From Caproicibacter sp. (GTDB lineage: Bacteria > Bacillota > Clostridia > Oscillospirales > Acutalibacteraceae): DNA of 64,000 bases. Under the pieces are notes generated by a model. That model was not told the DNA's origin and did not search any database. It saw only the letters and a program-made list of their open reading frames with translations. Positions within the stretch are counted from its first letter, which is position 1. Every line of letters starts with the position of its first letter. Below are positions 1 to 8,831 of the stretch, piece by piece. The stretch lies in contig DAIUFE010000001.1 in the NCBI GenBank assembly GCA_036844765.1, positions 45,921-109,920 on the forward strand. The letters are read 5' to 3'. Both the position numbers and the translations under genes were made by a program.

Positions 1-135
1 GCTGATCTCGTCTTTCCGGCCCAGCAGATCCCGGATCCTGTCCGCGGCGTCGTCCGCGGCGGCGGCGCCCATCGCGGCCCGGCTGCCGTAAATCCTCACG
101 GTGAGAAGGTCTTTTTTCAGCTCTTTCACAGACAT
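1..135 (-). CDS. N-terminal 45 codons of a sugar-phosphate deaminase/isomerase-like protein (NagB/Pgl-like?); the rest lies beyond the window start
   Basis: Too short for the ORF track. Minus-strand ATG at 135-133 is preceded by an AGGAGAG RBS. Translation MSVKELKKDLLTVRIYGSRAAMGAAAADDAADRIRDLLGRKDEIS resembles N-termini of the glucosamine-6-P deaminase family. Product is tentative. Confidence 0.35.
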   Translation of the reverse strand, partial: MSVKELKKDLLTVRIYGSRAAMGAAAADDAADRIRDLLGRKDEIS

Positions 136-356
136 CGTATCTCTCCTTTTTATTCCTGAGATGATGGCCGACAGCCGACCGGCTGTCAGCTACAGTGTAA
201 AAGATCGGACGGCATTTTTCTTCCCCTATCGTCTTGCGTTTTTGACGTTTTTCACAATATGCACGCCGAATCGTAAAATAAGGCAAGAATTTTTGTCTCC
301 GGGCCGATATAATGGAGCCGAGTATCGATCCAGCATTCAAAAAGGAGGATTTGCCC

Positions 357-1121
357 ATGCAATCGGCCTATCATTTTTTTGACTGCCGCGCGTCCTTCGG
401 GCGGAGGAGCTACCGCGCCCCCGGCACCTTTTATAAAAAGGAAGATCTTCTTAACAAGATGGCGGAGGACTCCATCGAAGGCGCACTGGTCTACCATTCC
501 ATGGCGAAAGAATACGACCCCCAGGTCGGGAACCAGATGCTGTGCGACGAACTGGCGGGCGAGCCGAAGCTGCTGCCGGAATGGGTGGTGCTGCCCCACT
601 ACACCGGTGAGTTCGATCCGCCGGAACGGCTTTTGAAAAGCATGAAGGAGCACGGCGTCAAGGCGGTCACGATGTTCCCGTCGCCCTCCTGCCAGAATTA
701 CAGTTTCGCGGAATTTACGTGCGGTGCGCTGTTCCGGATGTGCGAGGAACACCGCATCCCGTTCTTTATCGACATGGACCAAATGGGCGGCATCCAGGCG
801 GTGGATGCGCTGTGCTCGGCCCATCCGAAACTTCCGCTGGTCGTGACGAAGGTCAATTACCGCATCGACCGGGACCTGTATCCGCTGATGGAGAAATATC
901 GGAATTTCTACATAGAGACCTCGGGATATAAGGTGATGGACGGGATCGCGCAGCTTTGCCGGCATTTCGGCGCGCAGCGCCTGCTGTTCGGCACCGGCAT
1001 GCCGGAGACCTCCGGCGCCGCGGCCATCGGCCTGATCTCGTACGCCGATATCTCCGACGAAGAGAAACGGATGATCGCTTCGGGAAACCTGAAGAAGCTG
1101 CTGGGAGGCGTTCAGTTATGA
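357..1121 (+). CDS. Amidohydro_2-like TIM-barrel protein, apparently catalytically degenerate paralog of the next gene
   Basis: From ORF 312..1121, with the start moved to ATG 357 (AAGGAGGA 7 nt upstream). Collinear with the downstream amidohydrolase (LLFGTGMPE vs ILFGTDMPF; ADISDEEK vs ADISDEQK). The HxH motif is replaced (FFDCRASFG vs IIDSHDHLG) and later His/Asp ligand positions are also substituted. Confidence 0.7.
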   Translation: MQSAYHFFDCRASFGRRSYRAPGTFYKKEDLLNKMAEDSIEGALVYHSMAKEYDPQVGNQMLCDELAGEPKLLPEWVVLPHYTGEFDPPERLLKSMKEHGVKAVTMFPSPSCQNYSFAEFTCGALFRMCEEHRIPFFIDMDQMGGIQAVDALCSAHPKLPLVVTKVNYRIDRDLYPLMEKYRNFYIETSGYKVMDGIAQLCRHFGAQRLLFGTGMPETSGAAAIGLISYADISDEEKRMIASGNLKKLLGGVQL

Positions 1122-1909
1122 CAGAGATGGCCGATAAGGCGAAAAACGGGCTTCCGATCGACGGTTTCACGATCATCGACTCCCACGACCATTTGGGGAG
1201 ATGGTTCGCGTTCTATGTTCCGGGCGGCGGGACCATCGAGCGGATGATCGCCCGCATGGACCGGACGGGGATCCAAAAGGTGTGTGTGACCGCCCATTCC
1301 TCCATCGGCCCCGATTACGTCTACGGGAACAACCTGGTGATGGAGGCCATCCGGCGCCACCCGGACCGGGTGATCGGCTATGTGACCATCAACCCGAATT
1401 ACCCGGAGGATATCCCGCACGAGCTGGACCGCTGTTTCGCCGTGAAGGGATTCCGGGGGATCAAGCTGCATCCCTGCTGCCATTCCCAGGAGGTGGATTA
1501 TAAGAATTACGCGCCCGTGTACGAGGAGGCCGACCGGCGCGGGTGCCCGGTGCTGATCCATGTCTGGGGCGCGGCCAACGTGCGTGAGGTCGACGGCCTC
1601 GCGCCGAAATACCCGAACGCCAAATTCATCATGGCGCATACGGGCGGCGACATCAAGTCGATGGAGCTGGCCCTGGACGTGATCAACCGGCACGAAAACG
1701 TGTACGGGGACCTCGCCCTTTCCACGCCGGCGGAAGGGAACGTGGAGTGGCTCGTGCGCGAGGTCGGCTCCAAAAAGATCCTCTTCGGGACCGACATGCC
1801 CTTCTACGACCCGAGCCACGTCGTCGCCCGCGTGGCGATGGCGGACATCTCCGACGAGCAGAAAAAAGATATTTTCGGGCGGAACATCTCGGCCCTGATG
1901 AAGCTGTAA
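1118..1909 (+). CDS. metal-dependent amidohydrolase (Amidohydro_2 / TIM-barrel hydrolase family)
   Basis: From ORF 956..1909, with the start moved to ATG 1118 (MTEMADKAKNG), which overlaps the upstream stop as ATGA. Motifs IIDSHDHLG, GIKLHP, VLIHVWG, MAHTGG and FGTDMPF are typical of this family. Confidence 0.8.
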   Translation: MTEMADKAKNGLPIDGFTIIDSHDHLGRWFAFYVPGGGTIERMIARMDRTGIQKVCVTAHSSIGPDYVYGNNLVMEAIRRHPDRVIGYVTINPNYPEDIPHELDRCFAVKGFRGIKLHPCCHSQEVDYKNYAPVYEEADRRGCPVLIHVWGAANVREVDGLAPKYPNAKFIMAHTGGDIKSMELALDVINRHENVYGDLALSTPAEGNVEWLVREVGSKKILFGTDMPFYDPSHVVARVAMADISDEQKKDIFGRNISALMKL

Positions 1910-2046
1910 AGCGGCCCGGGGGGCATCGGATAGGAAAAAACGTCAACAGGAAAAGACGATAGGGGAAGACGGACGGAACGGCATCCGGTAAGATGGAGGC
2001 GGTTCCAGAAGAAACATTCGTTCGGCAGGGAAGGATGAGAGACTTT

Positions 2047-3300
2047 ATGGATCAGAAGCTTGCAATCGACGGGGGAGCCCCGGTCAGGGAAAAGCCGCTG
2101 CCGCCGTTTTATCCGGGTGCCAGCGTCTATGATGAAGAGGAGTCCAACGCGACGGCCGAGGTGATCGCGGCCAAGTCGCCGTTTCGGTTCTACGGGCCGA
2201 ACTGCCTGGGCAAAACGAAGAAGTTCGAGGCTTTGTTTTCCAAAAAATTCGGCGTCCGGCACGTTCTGGCGGTCACCTCCGGCACCGCGGCCCTGATGTG
2301 TGCGCTCAAGGCGGCCGGCGTCGGCGCGGGCGATAAGGTGATCGTCCCGGCCTGCACGTTCATCGCGGCGGCGGGCGCGGTCGTGTGCGCGGGCGGCGTC
2401 CCGGTCTTCGCGGATATCGACGAAAGCCTCAGCATCGATCCGGACGACATCGAGCGCCGCATCGACCGCCACACCAAGGCGGTGATCTGCGTCCCGATCC
2501 TCGGCAACCCGTGCCGGATGGATCGGATCATGGAGATCGCGAACCGGCATCATCTGACCGTGATCGAGGACGTGGCCCAGTCCTGCGGCTCCTCCTATCA
2601 GGGCCGCTTCTCCGGCACGTTCGGGCAGATTGGCACCTTCAGCCTGCAGATGAACAAGATCATCACGACGGGCGAGGGCGGGGCGGTCGCCACGAACGAC
2701 CCGAAGCTGTACGAGCGCGCGGTGCGCTACCACGACCAGGGCATGTTCCGCGAGCGGGAGGGCTTTCTGAACGTCGACGAGAACGCCGACATCTTCGTCG
2801 GCCAAAACTACCGGATGAGCGAGATCTCCGGCGCGGTCGCCCTGGTCCAGCTCGGCAAGCTGGACAGGATCGTCGCCGGGATGAGGAAAAACAAGAAGAT
2901 CATCAAGGACGGCATCCGGGGCGTGCGCGGGATCGGCTTCCGCACGATCAACGACGAAAAGGGCGACGCGGGCAACGCGCTGATCCTGCTGCTGGAATCG
3001 GCCGACAAAGCGGTCGCTTTCTGCCGGGCGATGGGCGCCGAGAACGTCCCGATGAACCGCCTGTACGCCGGCCAGCCCGTCTATATGCAGCCCCAGATCT
3101 TCCACCAGCGCACGGCGGACCGCAGCGGCTTCCCGTTCAACCAGTTCGACGAGCCCGTGGTCTACACGGAGGACATGTGCCCGCGGGCCTGTCAGATCCT
3201 GCCCAGGAACGCGGTGCTGAACATCGGCCCGACCTGGACGGAGCGGGACGACGAGGACGTGGTCGCCGCCATCCGGAAAGTGGCGGCCCAGCTCCTGTGA
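2047..3300 (+). CDS. DegT/DnrJ/EryC1/StrS-family PLP-dependent sugar aminotransferase
   Basis: From ORF 1993..3300, with the start placed at MDQKLAIDGG. Family-typical blocks are AVTSGTAALMCALKAAGVGAGDKVIVPACTF, IEDVAQSCG and FSLQMNKIITTGEGG (PLP lysine). Confidence 0.85.
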   Translation: MDQKLAIDGGAPVREKPLPPFYPGASVYDEEESNATAEVIAAKSPFRFYGPNCLGKTKKFEALFSKKFGVRHVLAVTSGTAALMCALKAAGVGAGDKVIVPACTFIAAAGAVVCAGGVPVFADIDESLSIDPDDIERRIDRHTKAVICVPILGNPCRMDRIMEIANRHHLTVIEDVAQSCGSSYQGRFSGTFGQIGTFSLQMNKIITTGEGGAVATNDPKLYERAVRYHDQGMFREREGFLNVDENADIFVGQNYRMSEISGAVALVQLGKLDRIVAGMRKNKKIIKDGIRGVRGIGFRTINDEKGDAGNALILLLESADKAVAFCRAMGAENVPMNRLYAGQPVYMQPQIFHQRTADRSGFPFNQFDEPVVYTEDMCPRACQILPRNAVLNIGPTWTERDDEDVVAAIRKVAAQLL

Positions 3301-3369
3301 CCGGAGCCGAAAAAAATACGCAGGCGGACATCCTTCCAAAAGAATGGCCGCCTGCGCGCGTTCCGGCCG

Positions 3370-4311
3370 TCAGCCCTCGGAGCGGTTCGCTTTCCGGAAT
3401 TCCGTCGGGGTCAGGCCCACCGCGTTCTTGAACGTGCGGTTGAAGTGGTTCACGTTCTTGAAGCCGGACTCGAAGCAGACGTCCACCACGAGCTTCTCCG
3501 TGTTTTTCAGCAGGTCCATCGCGTGCTCGATGCGCCTGGAGTTGAGGTACTCGACGAACGTCTTGTTCGTGATCAGTTTGAACAGATAGCTGAAATAAGA
3601 CTGGGAAAGCATCGCGACCCGCGAAATCTCCTCGATGGAGATCGGCTCCGGATAGTGGCGGTCGATAAAGCCGATCGCCTTCATGATCGCGTCGCGGTGC
3701 CGGTCGTACATCGCCATGACCTCGGACTGCCGGGACACGTTTTCCCGGAAATACCGGCCCACCAGGACCAGCAGCTTGAGGATATCCGCCTTGATCGCCA
3801 GAAGGTAACTGTCTTCCTTCCGGTTGTATTCGGAATAGATTTCTTCGAGCAGCGTTTCCACCTTCAGCTGCTTATCCCCCGTCAGGTTGAGGCGCGGCCT
3901 CACGTTGCGCTCCGACACCAGAAAAGGCTCTATGTAGTAAAAATCGAAGAAGGTCGAGTTCGCGTCCACGTCGCGGGTCTGCCTGCTGTAGTTGCCCAGG
4001 ATGAATTCCGTGGAGAATTCAAGCTCTATGAGCTCGAAATCGGCCCCCGGAACGTCCACCAGCTGATGCGGGATAAACGGGGGGATGATAAAAATATCCC
4101 CTTTGACGAGCTCGTACTGCGAATGGCTGATGCGGTGGAGCAGTTTTCCGCGCAGGACGTAGTTCATCTGGATCATCTCGTGCCGGTGCAGCGGGGAAAG
4201 CTCGTTCGGGTGGACCTTCCGGATAAAAACCGGAAGATTGTTGTGGTTGTCTTGGAGCGTGTAGACGACGATGTTTTTGTACTCGTCCCGGTCCAGGTCG
4301 GATATTTTCAT
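3370..4311 (-). CDS. AraC-family transcriptional regulator (N-terminal cupin sensor plus C-terminal HTH)
   Basis: 313-aa ORF. The C-terminus (SQSYFSYLFK...GFKNVNHFNRTFKNAVGLTPTEFR) is the AraC HTH signature. The N-terminus (HRHEMIQMNYVLRG) is cupin-like. Confidence 0.9.
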   Translation of the reverse strand: MKISDLDRDEYKNIVVYTLQDNHNNLPVFIRKVHPNELSPLHRHEMIQMNYVLRGKLLHRISHSQYELVKGDIFIIPPFIPHQLVDVPGADFELIELEFSTEFILGNYSRQTRDVDANSTFFDFYYIEPFLVSERNVRPRLNLTGDKQLKVETLLEEIYSEYNRKEDSYLLAIKADILKLLVLVGRYFRENVSRQSEVMAMYDRHRDAIMKAIGFIDRHYPEPISIEEISRVAMLSQSYFSYLFKLITNKTFVEYLNSRRIEHAMDLLKNTEKLVVDVCFESGFKNVNHFNRTFKNAVGLTPTEFRKANRSEG

Positions 4312-4571
4312 CTTTGCTTCCTCCCCGAAGAAAAGAATGGTCTCTCTTGCCGGTCGCCGCCCTTATTATACTTCCGGGCGGCGCGATTTTCAAAACCCGG
4401 CCCCGGCGAGCGGGCGGGCGCCGCGCGGCGTTTTCTCGGAATGCCGGACGCACAGAGGCTTTTTCCGGGTTTTTGGCTTTTTTCGGGGCTGGACCGGGGA
4501 AGAGGCGCTTTTATGATAAAGTAAAGCGAAGGCAAAAATCGGTTTTCTGAAAATCTGGAATGGAGGTTCCT

Positions 4572-6608
4572 ATGGCAGCGGAAAACACTTTCGGCGGGGA
4601 TCACCGCCCCGCGGCGCCGGACCGGCGCGTCGCTTACCAGGACTGCGCCGCCGAGCTGGCCGGCGATCGTCTGACGGTGAGAAATTCCAAAATCGAGCGG
4701 ACCTGGCGGATCGCGGCCGGCGGGCCGGTCCCGCTTTCCGTTAAGGACGGGGAGTCCGGAGAGATCCTGACGCTGCCCGAAACGGAAGACCTGTGCCCGG
4801 CCGTGACCGGGGCGGACGAAAAGCCGGCGCTTTCGCTGGAGGGCGCGCAGGACGACGACTGCGGCTTCGCCCCGCCGCATCTGCTCGCCCGGCTCACGCT
4901 CGCCCGCCGGAAATTCGCCCTGCGGTACGAGTTCGCCGTGTATCCGGGAAAGCCCGTGATCCGCACGCGCATCTCGATCCGCGGGGCGTCGGATACGCCG
5001 CTGAAGAGCTGCGCGCTGCTCGACGCGCTGACGCTGAGGGAAAAGCACTGCGAGTGGAGGAACGTCTCCCTGCGGGCGGTCACCGATTTTCACAACAACC
5101 TGGTCCGGACCGAAACGGGGCTGTTCTACCGGAACGAGACCGACCGGCTCTCCGGGAATATCCTGCGCGTCCACAGGACCCTGCAGAACGACGGGATCAT
5201 CCTGATCAAAGAGGCGCCGGCCGACGAAGAGCAGGTGCGGTATATCGGCTACGATTTTACGGTGGCCTCCGACCGGATCGCCGTTTCCTCGGCCGGGTTC
5301 CTGGTCTCCGACCTCAAGGAAGAGGAATGGGTCTCACTCTACGGGACGGCCCTGTGCCGGTACCGGGGCGGGGACGAAGCCTTCTATCGGGCGCTGCGGG
5401 AATACCACGAGGCGAGGCACGCCTTCCGGCCGGAATTCGACGGAGCCGTGACCAGCAATACCTGGGGCGACGATTCGGGCGGCCGGAAGATCGGGGAAGA
5501 CTTTCTGCAAAAGGATCTGGACGCCGCGCACGAATGCGGGGTGACCCGGTACCAGATCGACGCCGGCTGGGACACCGGCGAGACCGACGGAACCGGCAGA
5601 AGCCTGTGGAAGATCAATTCCTCCGCGCTGCCGCACGGGCTGGAGCGCCTCCGCGCGAAGGCGGAGCGCTACGGCATGAAGCTGGGCCTCTGGTTCGTCC
5701 CTTATACCGAGGGCGGGAACCAGTACGGCTGCTACCGCGAGGACGCGCAGACCCTGATCGGCCTGCACCGGGACCACGGCGCCGATTTCTTCAAGCTGGA
5801 CGGTTTCAAGCTGACGGATTACACCTCCACCTGCCGCTTTGAGAAGATGATGAGGCTCGTGCTCGAAGGCACGGGGAACTCCGTCTTTTTCAACGTCGAT
5901 ATCACCAACTGGCCGCGGACCGGCTTTCTCGGGGCCGCGCAGTACGGCAACCTGTTCTTCGAGAACCGCTATACCGACCGCCTCAGTTATTACCCGCACG
6001 CCACGCTGCGGAACGTCTGGATGCTCTCGCGCTATCTGCCCGCTTACCGCCTTCAGGCGGAATTCCTGAACGTGGCCCGGAACGCGGAAAAATACGAGGC
6101 CGAGGAGCCGGGGGACGCGCTGGCGCCTTCCCGCTGCGGGCAGGTCTACGCGCTTGCCGGCATGCTGTTCGCCAGCCCGCTGGTTTGGATGGAACCGAGC
6201 TCGCTGGGCGCCGGGGAGAGGAGCGGGCTCAAGGAGCTGCTGAACGCCGCGGCCGCCGCCCGCAGCGGCGCGCTGCGCTCCCCGGTCCTGCCGATCGGCG
6301 AAGCGCCGAACGGCGCGCATTTCACGGGGTTCCAGGCGGCGGAAAGCGCCGGAAGCGGCTGGCTGCTCTTTTTGCGGGAGGCCTGCCCCGGTTCCGCCTT
6401 CCGGTACGGTCTGTACGGGGGGGCCGGCAAAGGATTCCGATTCACGCGGATCGTCTCCAACTGCGGGGATCGCGTTTGGGCCGAACGGGAGGCGGAGGTC
6501 ACCGTTTCGCTGGACCGCAGATTCGGCTTTGCGGTTTATCGGTATGAAAAAAAGGAACCGGGACCTGTTGACAACGAAGTCCGCCCCTGTTATACTGGGA
6601 AAAATTAA
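4572..6608 (+). CDS. glycoside hydrolase, GH36-like (alpha-galactosidase/melibiase-type fold)
   Basis: From ORF 4560..6608. ATG 4572 is preferred because GGAGG at 4562-4566 then serves as the RBS. Blocks RYQIDAGWD and FFKLDGFKL resemble the GH36/GH27 (beta/alpha)8 catalytic-core motifs. Specificity is unknown. Confidence 0.5.
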   Translation: MAAENTFGGDHRPAAPDRRVAYQDCAAELAGDRLTVRNSKIERTWRIAAGGPVPLSVKDGESGEILTLPETEDLCPAVTGADEKPALSLEGAQDDDCGFAPPHLLARLTLARRKFALRYEFAVYPGKPVIRTRISIRGASDTPLKSCALLDALTLREKHCEWRNVSLRAVTDFHNNLVRTETGLFYRNETDRLSGNILRVHRTLQNDGIILIKEAPADEEQVRYIGYDFTVASDRIAVSSAGFLVSDLKEEEWVSLYGTALCRYRGGDEAFYRALREYHEARHAFRPEFDGAVTSNTWGDDSGGRKIGEDFLQKDLDAAHECGVTRYQIDAGWDTGETDGTGRSLWKINSSALPHGLERLRAKAERYGMKLGLWFVPYTEGGNQYGCYREDAQTLIGLHRDHGADFFKLDGFKLTDYTSTCRFEKMMRLVLEGTGNSVFFNVDITNWPRTGFLGAAQYGNLFFENRYTDRLSYYPHATLRNVWMLSRYLPAYRLQAEFLNVARNAEKYEAEEPGDALAPSRCGQVYALAGMLFASPLVWMEPSSLGAGERSGLKELLNAAAAARSGALRSPVLPIGEAPNGAHFTGFQAAESAGSGWLLFLREACPGSAFRYGLYGGAGKGFRFTRIVSNCGDRVWAEREAEVTVSLDRRFGFAVYRYEKKEPGPVDNEVRPCYTGKN

Positions 6609-6622
6609 AAATCCAAAGGACA

Positions 6623-6663
6623 AGGAAGCCCTCTCGATCCAAAGGGAAGGCTTCCTCTTTTTT
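6623..6663 (+). terminator. intrinsic terminator after the GH36-like gene
   Basis: Stem AGGAAGCC / GGCTTCCT (8 bp) with an internally pairing loop, followed by CTTTTTT. Confidence 0.6.
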
Positions 6664-6896
6664 GCGCCGAAAAGGCGGCGGAGGCATCCGGAAGCGGGGG
6701 ATGGAACGGCGTTTCAGCCCTGTTTTCGACCTATATTTTCCATTTTTATAATTATTGAAAGTAAAGTTCTGAAAATGATAGTTTACTCGGCGGGGCTCGT
6801 GCGTGTATAATATCCTTACAAAAGTACCGTCATAGTGCACAAAACAACCTATAAAGTCATAAATAGTAATATAAATAATTGTGAGGGAATGAGCCT

Positions 6897-7850
6897 ATGG
6901 ATATGACCAAGAACCTTACCGGGAGCGCAGATGTGCCAAGACGGTCAAAAAAATGGAAGCTTGTGCGGAAGAACTGGCAGCTTTATCTGTTCGTTCTTCC
7001 CGCCTTCCTCGCCTTCGCGCTTTTTTCCTACGCGCCGATGTACGGGGTCCAGATCGCTTTCAAGGAGTATAATCCCGGTCTCGGTATCTGGGGCAGCCCG
7101 TGGGCGCAGCCGTGGTACCGGTATTTCAAGCTGTTTTTCGATTCCGCATGGTTTACGACCACGCTGAAAAATACGCTGACGCTGTCTTTCTACATGTTTA
7201 TTCTGGGCAACATCCTTCCGCTTCTGCTGGCCCTGATGATCAACGAAGCGAAGCATATGGCCTTCAAAAAGACGGTGCAGACCGTGACCTACATGCCGTA
7301 TTTCATCTCGACGGTCGTCGTCGTCGGCATGATCAACCTGATGTTCGCGGATAAAGGCGTGGTCAACCAGCTGATCCAGCTGCTCGGCGGGACGCCGTTC
7401 CAGTTCCTCACGAGCGACGCGGCGTTCAAGCACCTCTACGTCTGGTCGGGCGTCTGGACGGGGACCGGCTACGGCTCCGTCATCTACTTCGCCGCCCTCT
7501 CCAACGTTTCGCCGGAGCTTCACGAGGCGGCCATCATCGACGGGGCGAACCGGTTTCAGCGGATCTACCATATCGATATCCCCGCGGTGATCCCGACGTT
7601 CGTGATCCTGCTGATCATGGGCGCGGGCTCGATCATGAACGTCAGCTACGAGAAGGTGCTGCTGATGCAGAACCCCACCAACCTTTTGGTTTCGGAGGTC
7701 ATCAACACCTACGTCTATAAGGTGGGGATCCTCCACACCCAGTACAGCCTGTCTTCCGCCGTGGGCCTGTTCAACAACGTGATCAACCTGATCCTCCTGC
7801 TGATCGTAAACAAAGTCGCCGGCAAAGTCGGCGAGACGTCGCTCTGGTAA
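6897..7850 (+). CDS. carbohydrate ABC transporter permease (LplB/YtcP-like)
   Basis: 317-aa multi-TM ORF with the EAA loop AALSNVSPELHEAAIIDGANRFQRIYHIDIPAV. Confidence 0.9.
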   Translation: MDMTKNLTGSADVPRRSKKWKLVRKNWQLYLFVLPAFLAFALFSYAPMYGVQIAFKEYNPGLGIWGSPWAQPWYRYFKLFFDSAWFTTTLKNTLTLSFYMFILGNILPLLLALMINEAKHMAFKKTVQTVTYMPYFISTVVVVGMINLMFADKGVVNQLIQLLGGTPFQFLTSDAAFKHLYVWSGVWTGTGYGSVIYFAALSNVSPELHEAAIIDGANRFQRIYHIDIPAVIPTFVILLIMGAGSIMNVSYEKVLLMQNPTNLLVSEVINTYVYKVGILHTQYSLSSAVGLFNNVINLILLLIVNKVAGKVGETSLW

Positions 7851-7867
7851 GGGGGAGGAAAACAACC

Positions 7868-8767
7868 GTGACGATCAAGGAAACAAAGGCCGATAAAATC
7901 TTCAGCGCGGTCAACGCGCTGGTGCTGATCCTCATTCTGGTTTTCTGCTTTTATCCGATCTGGTTCGTCCTGTGCGCCTCCATCAGCAACCCGACTCTCG
8001 TCAACAGCGGCAGGGTCGTGCTTTACCCGCAGGGGATCACGTGGGTGGGGTACCAGTCGCTGTTCCGCGAGCCGATGGTCGGCATCGGCTACCGCAACAC
8101 GATCTTCTACACCGCCGCGGGCACGCTGATCAACCTGGCGGTGACGCTGCCGGCCGCCTACGCGCTTTCCCGGAAGGATTTCGTCGGCAGGAACGTCCTG
8201 ACGGGGATCTTCCTCTTCACCATGTTTTTCAGCGGCGGCATGATCCCCAGCTACCTGGTCGTGCAGAAGCTGCACATGGTCAACACCATCTGGGCGATGC
8301 TGCTGCTGGGCGCGACAAGCATGTACAACATCATCCTGTGCCGCACTTTTTTCGCCAACAGCATCCCGGCCGAGCTGCAGGACGCCGCCGAAATCGACGG
8401 CTGCTCGAACTTCCAGCTTTTCACGCGGATCATCCTTCCGCTTTCCAAACCGATCATCGCGGTGATGACGCTGTTCTTCGCGATCTCGCACTGGAACTCC
8501 TACTTCACCGCGCTGCTGTATATCACGAACGACAACCTGAAGCCGCTGCAGCTCGTGCTGCAGAACATCCTTGTGCAGAGCGACGTGATGACCCAGATGA
8601 TCGAATCCGGCCAGCTCGACGCCGGGCTGATGGAGGAATCCATGCGCATCAAGCAGCTGATCCGCTATTCCCTCATCGTGACGGCCTCTCTGCCGGTCAT
8701 GTGCCTGTATCCGCTGGTGCAGAAATACTTCGTCAAGGGCATCATGATCGGCGCGGTCAAGGGGTGA
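7868..8767 (+). CDS. carbohydrate ABC transporter permease (LplC/YteP-like)
   Basis: 299-aa ORF with a GTG start and the EAA loop ELQDAAEIDGCSNFQLFTRIILPLSKP. Confidence 0.9.
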   Translation: MTIKETKADKIFSAVNALVLILILVFCFYPIWFVLCASISNPTLVNSGRVVLYPQGITWVGYQSLFREPMVGIGYRNTIFYTAAGTLINLAVTLPAAYALSRKDFVGRNVLTGIFLFTMFFSGGMIPSYLVVQKLHMVNTIWAMLLLGATSMYNIILCRTFFANSIPAELQDAAEIDGCSNFQLFTRIILPLSKPIIAVMTLFFAISHWNSYFTALLYITNDNLKPLQLVLQNILVQSDVMTQMIESGQLDAGLMEESMRIKQLIRYSLIVTASLPVMCLYPLVQKYFVKGIMIGAVKG

Positions 8768-8831
8768 TCTTAACGCCGGGAGGCTTAAGATAAAGTTTCC
8801 GAACTTCCAAATTATCATTAAAGGAGGACGA

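Noticed and set aside
1804-3339. Very long ORFs on the strand opposite to, or out of frame with, recognisable genes. Examples: 1804..3339(-), 19732..21807(+), 24635..26734(+), 28669..31395(-), 34040..35983(-), 38693..40375(-), 51632..53917(+).
   Set aside because: Their translations are Arg/Gly/Ala/Pro-rich low-complexity strings with no motifs or RBS. Each lies antisense to a gene with clear family signatures. This is the usual stop-codon-poor antisense frame of GC-rich DNA.
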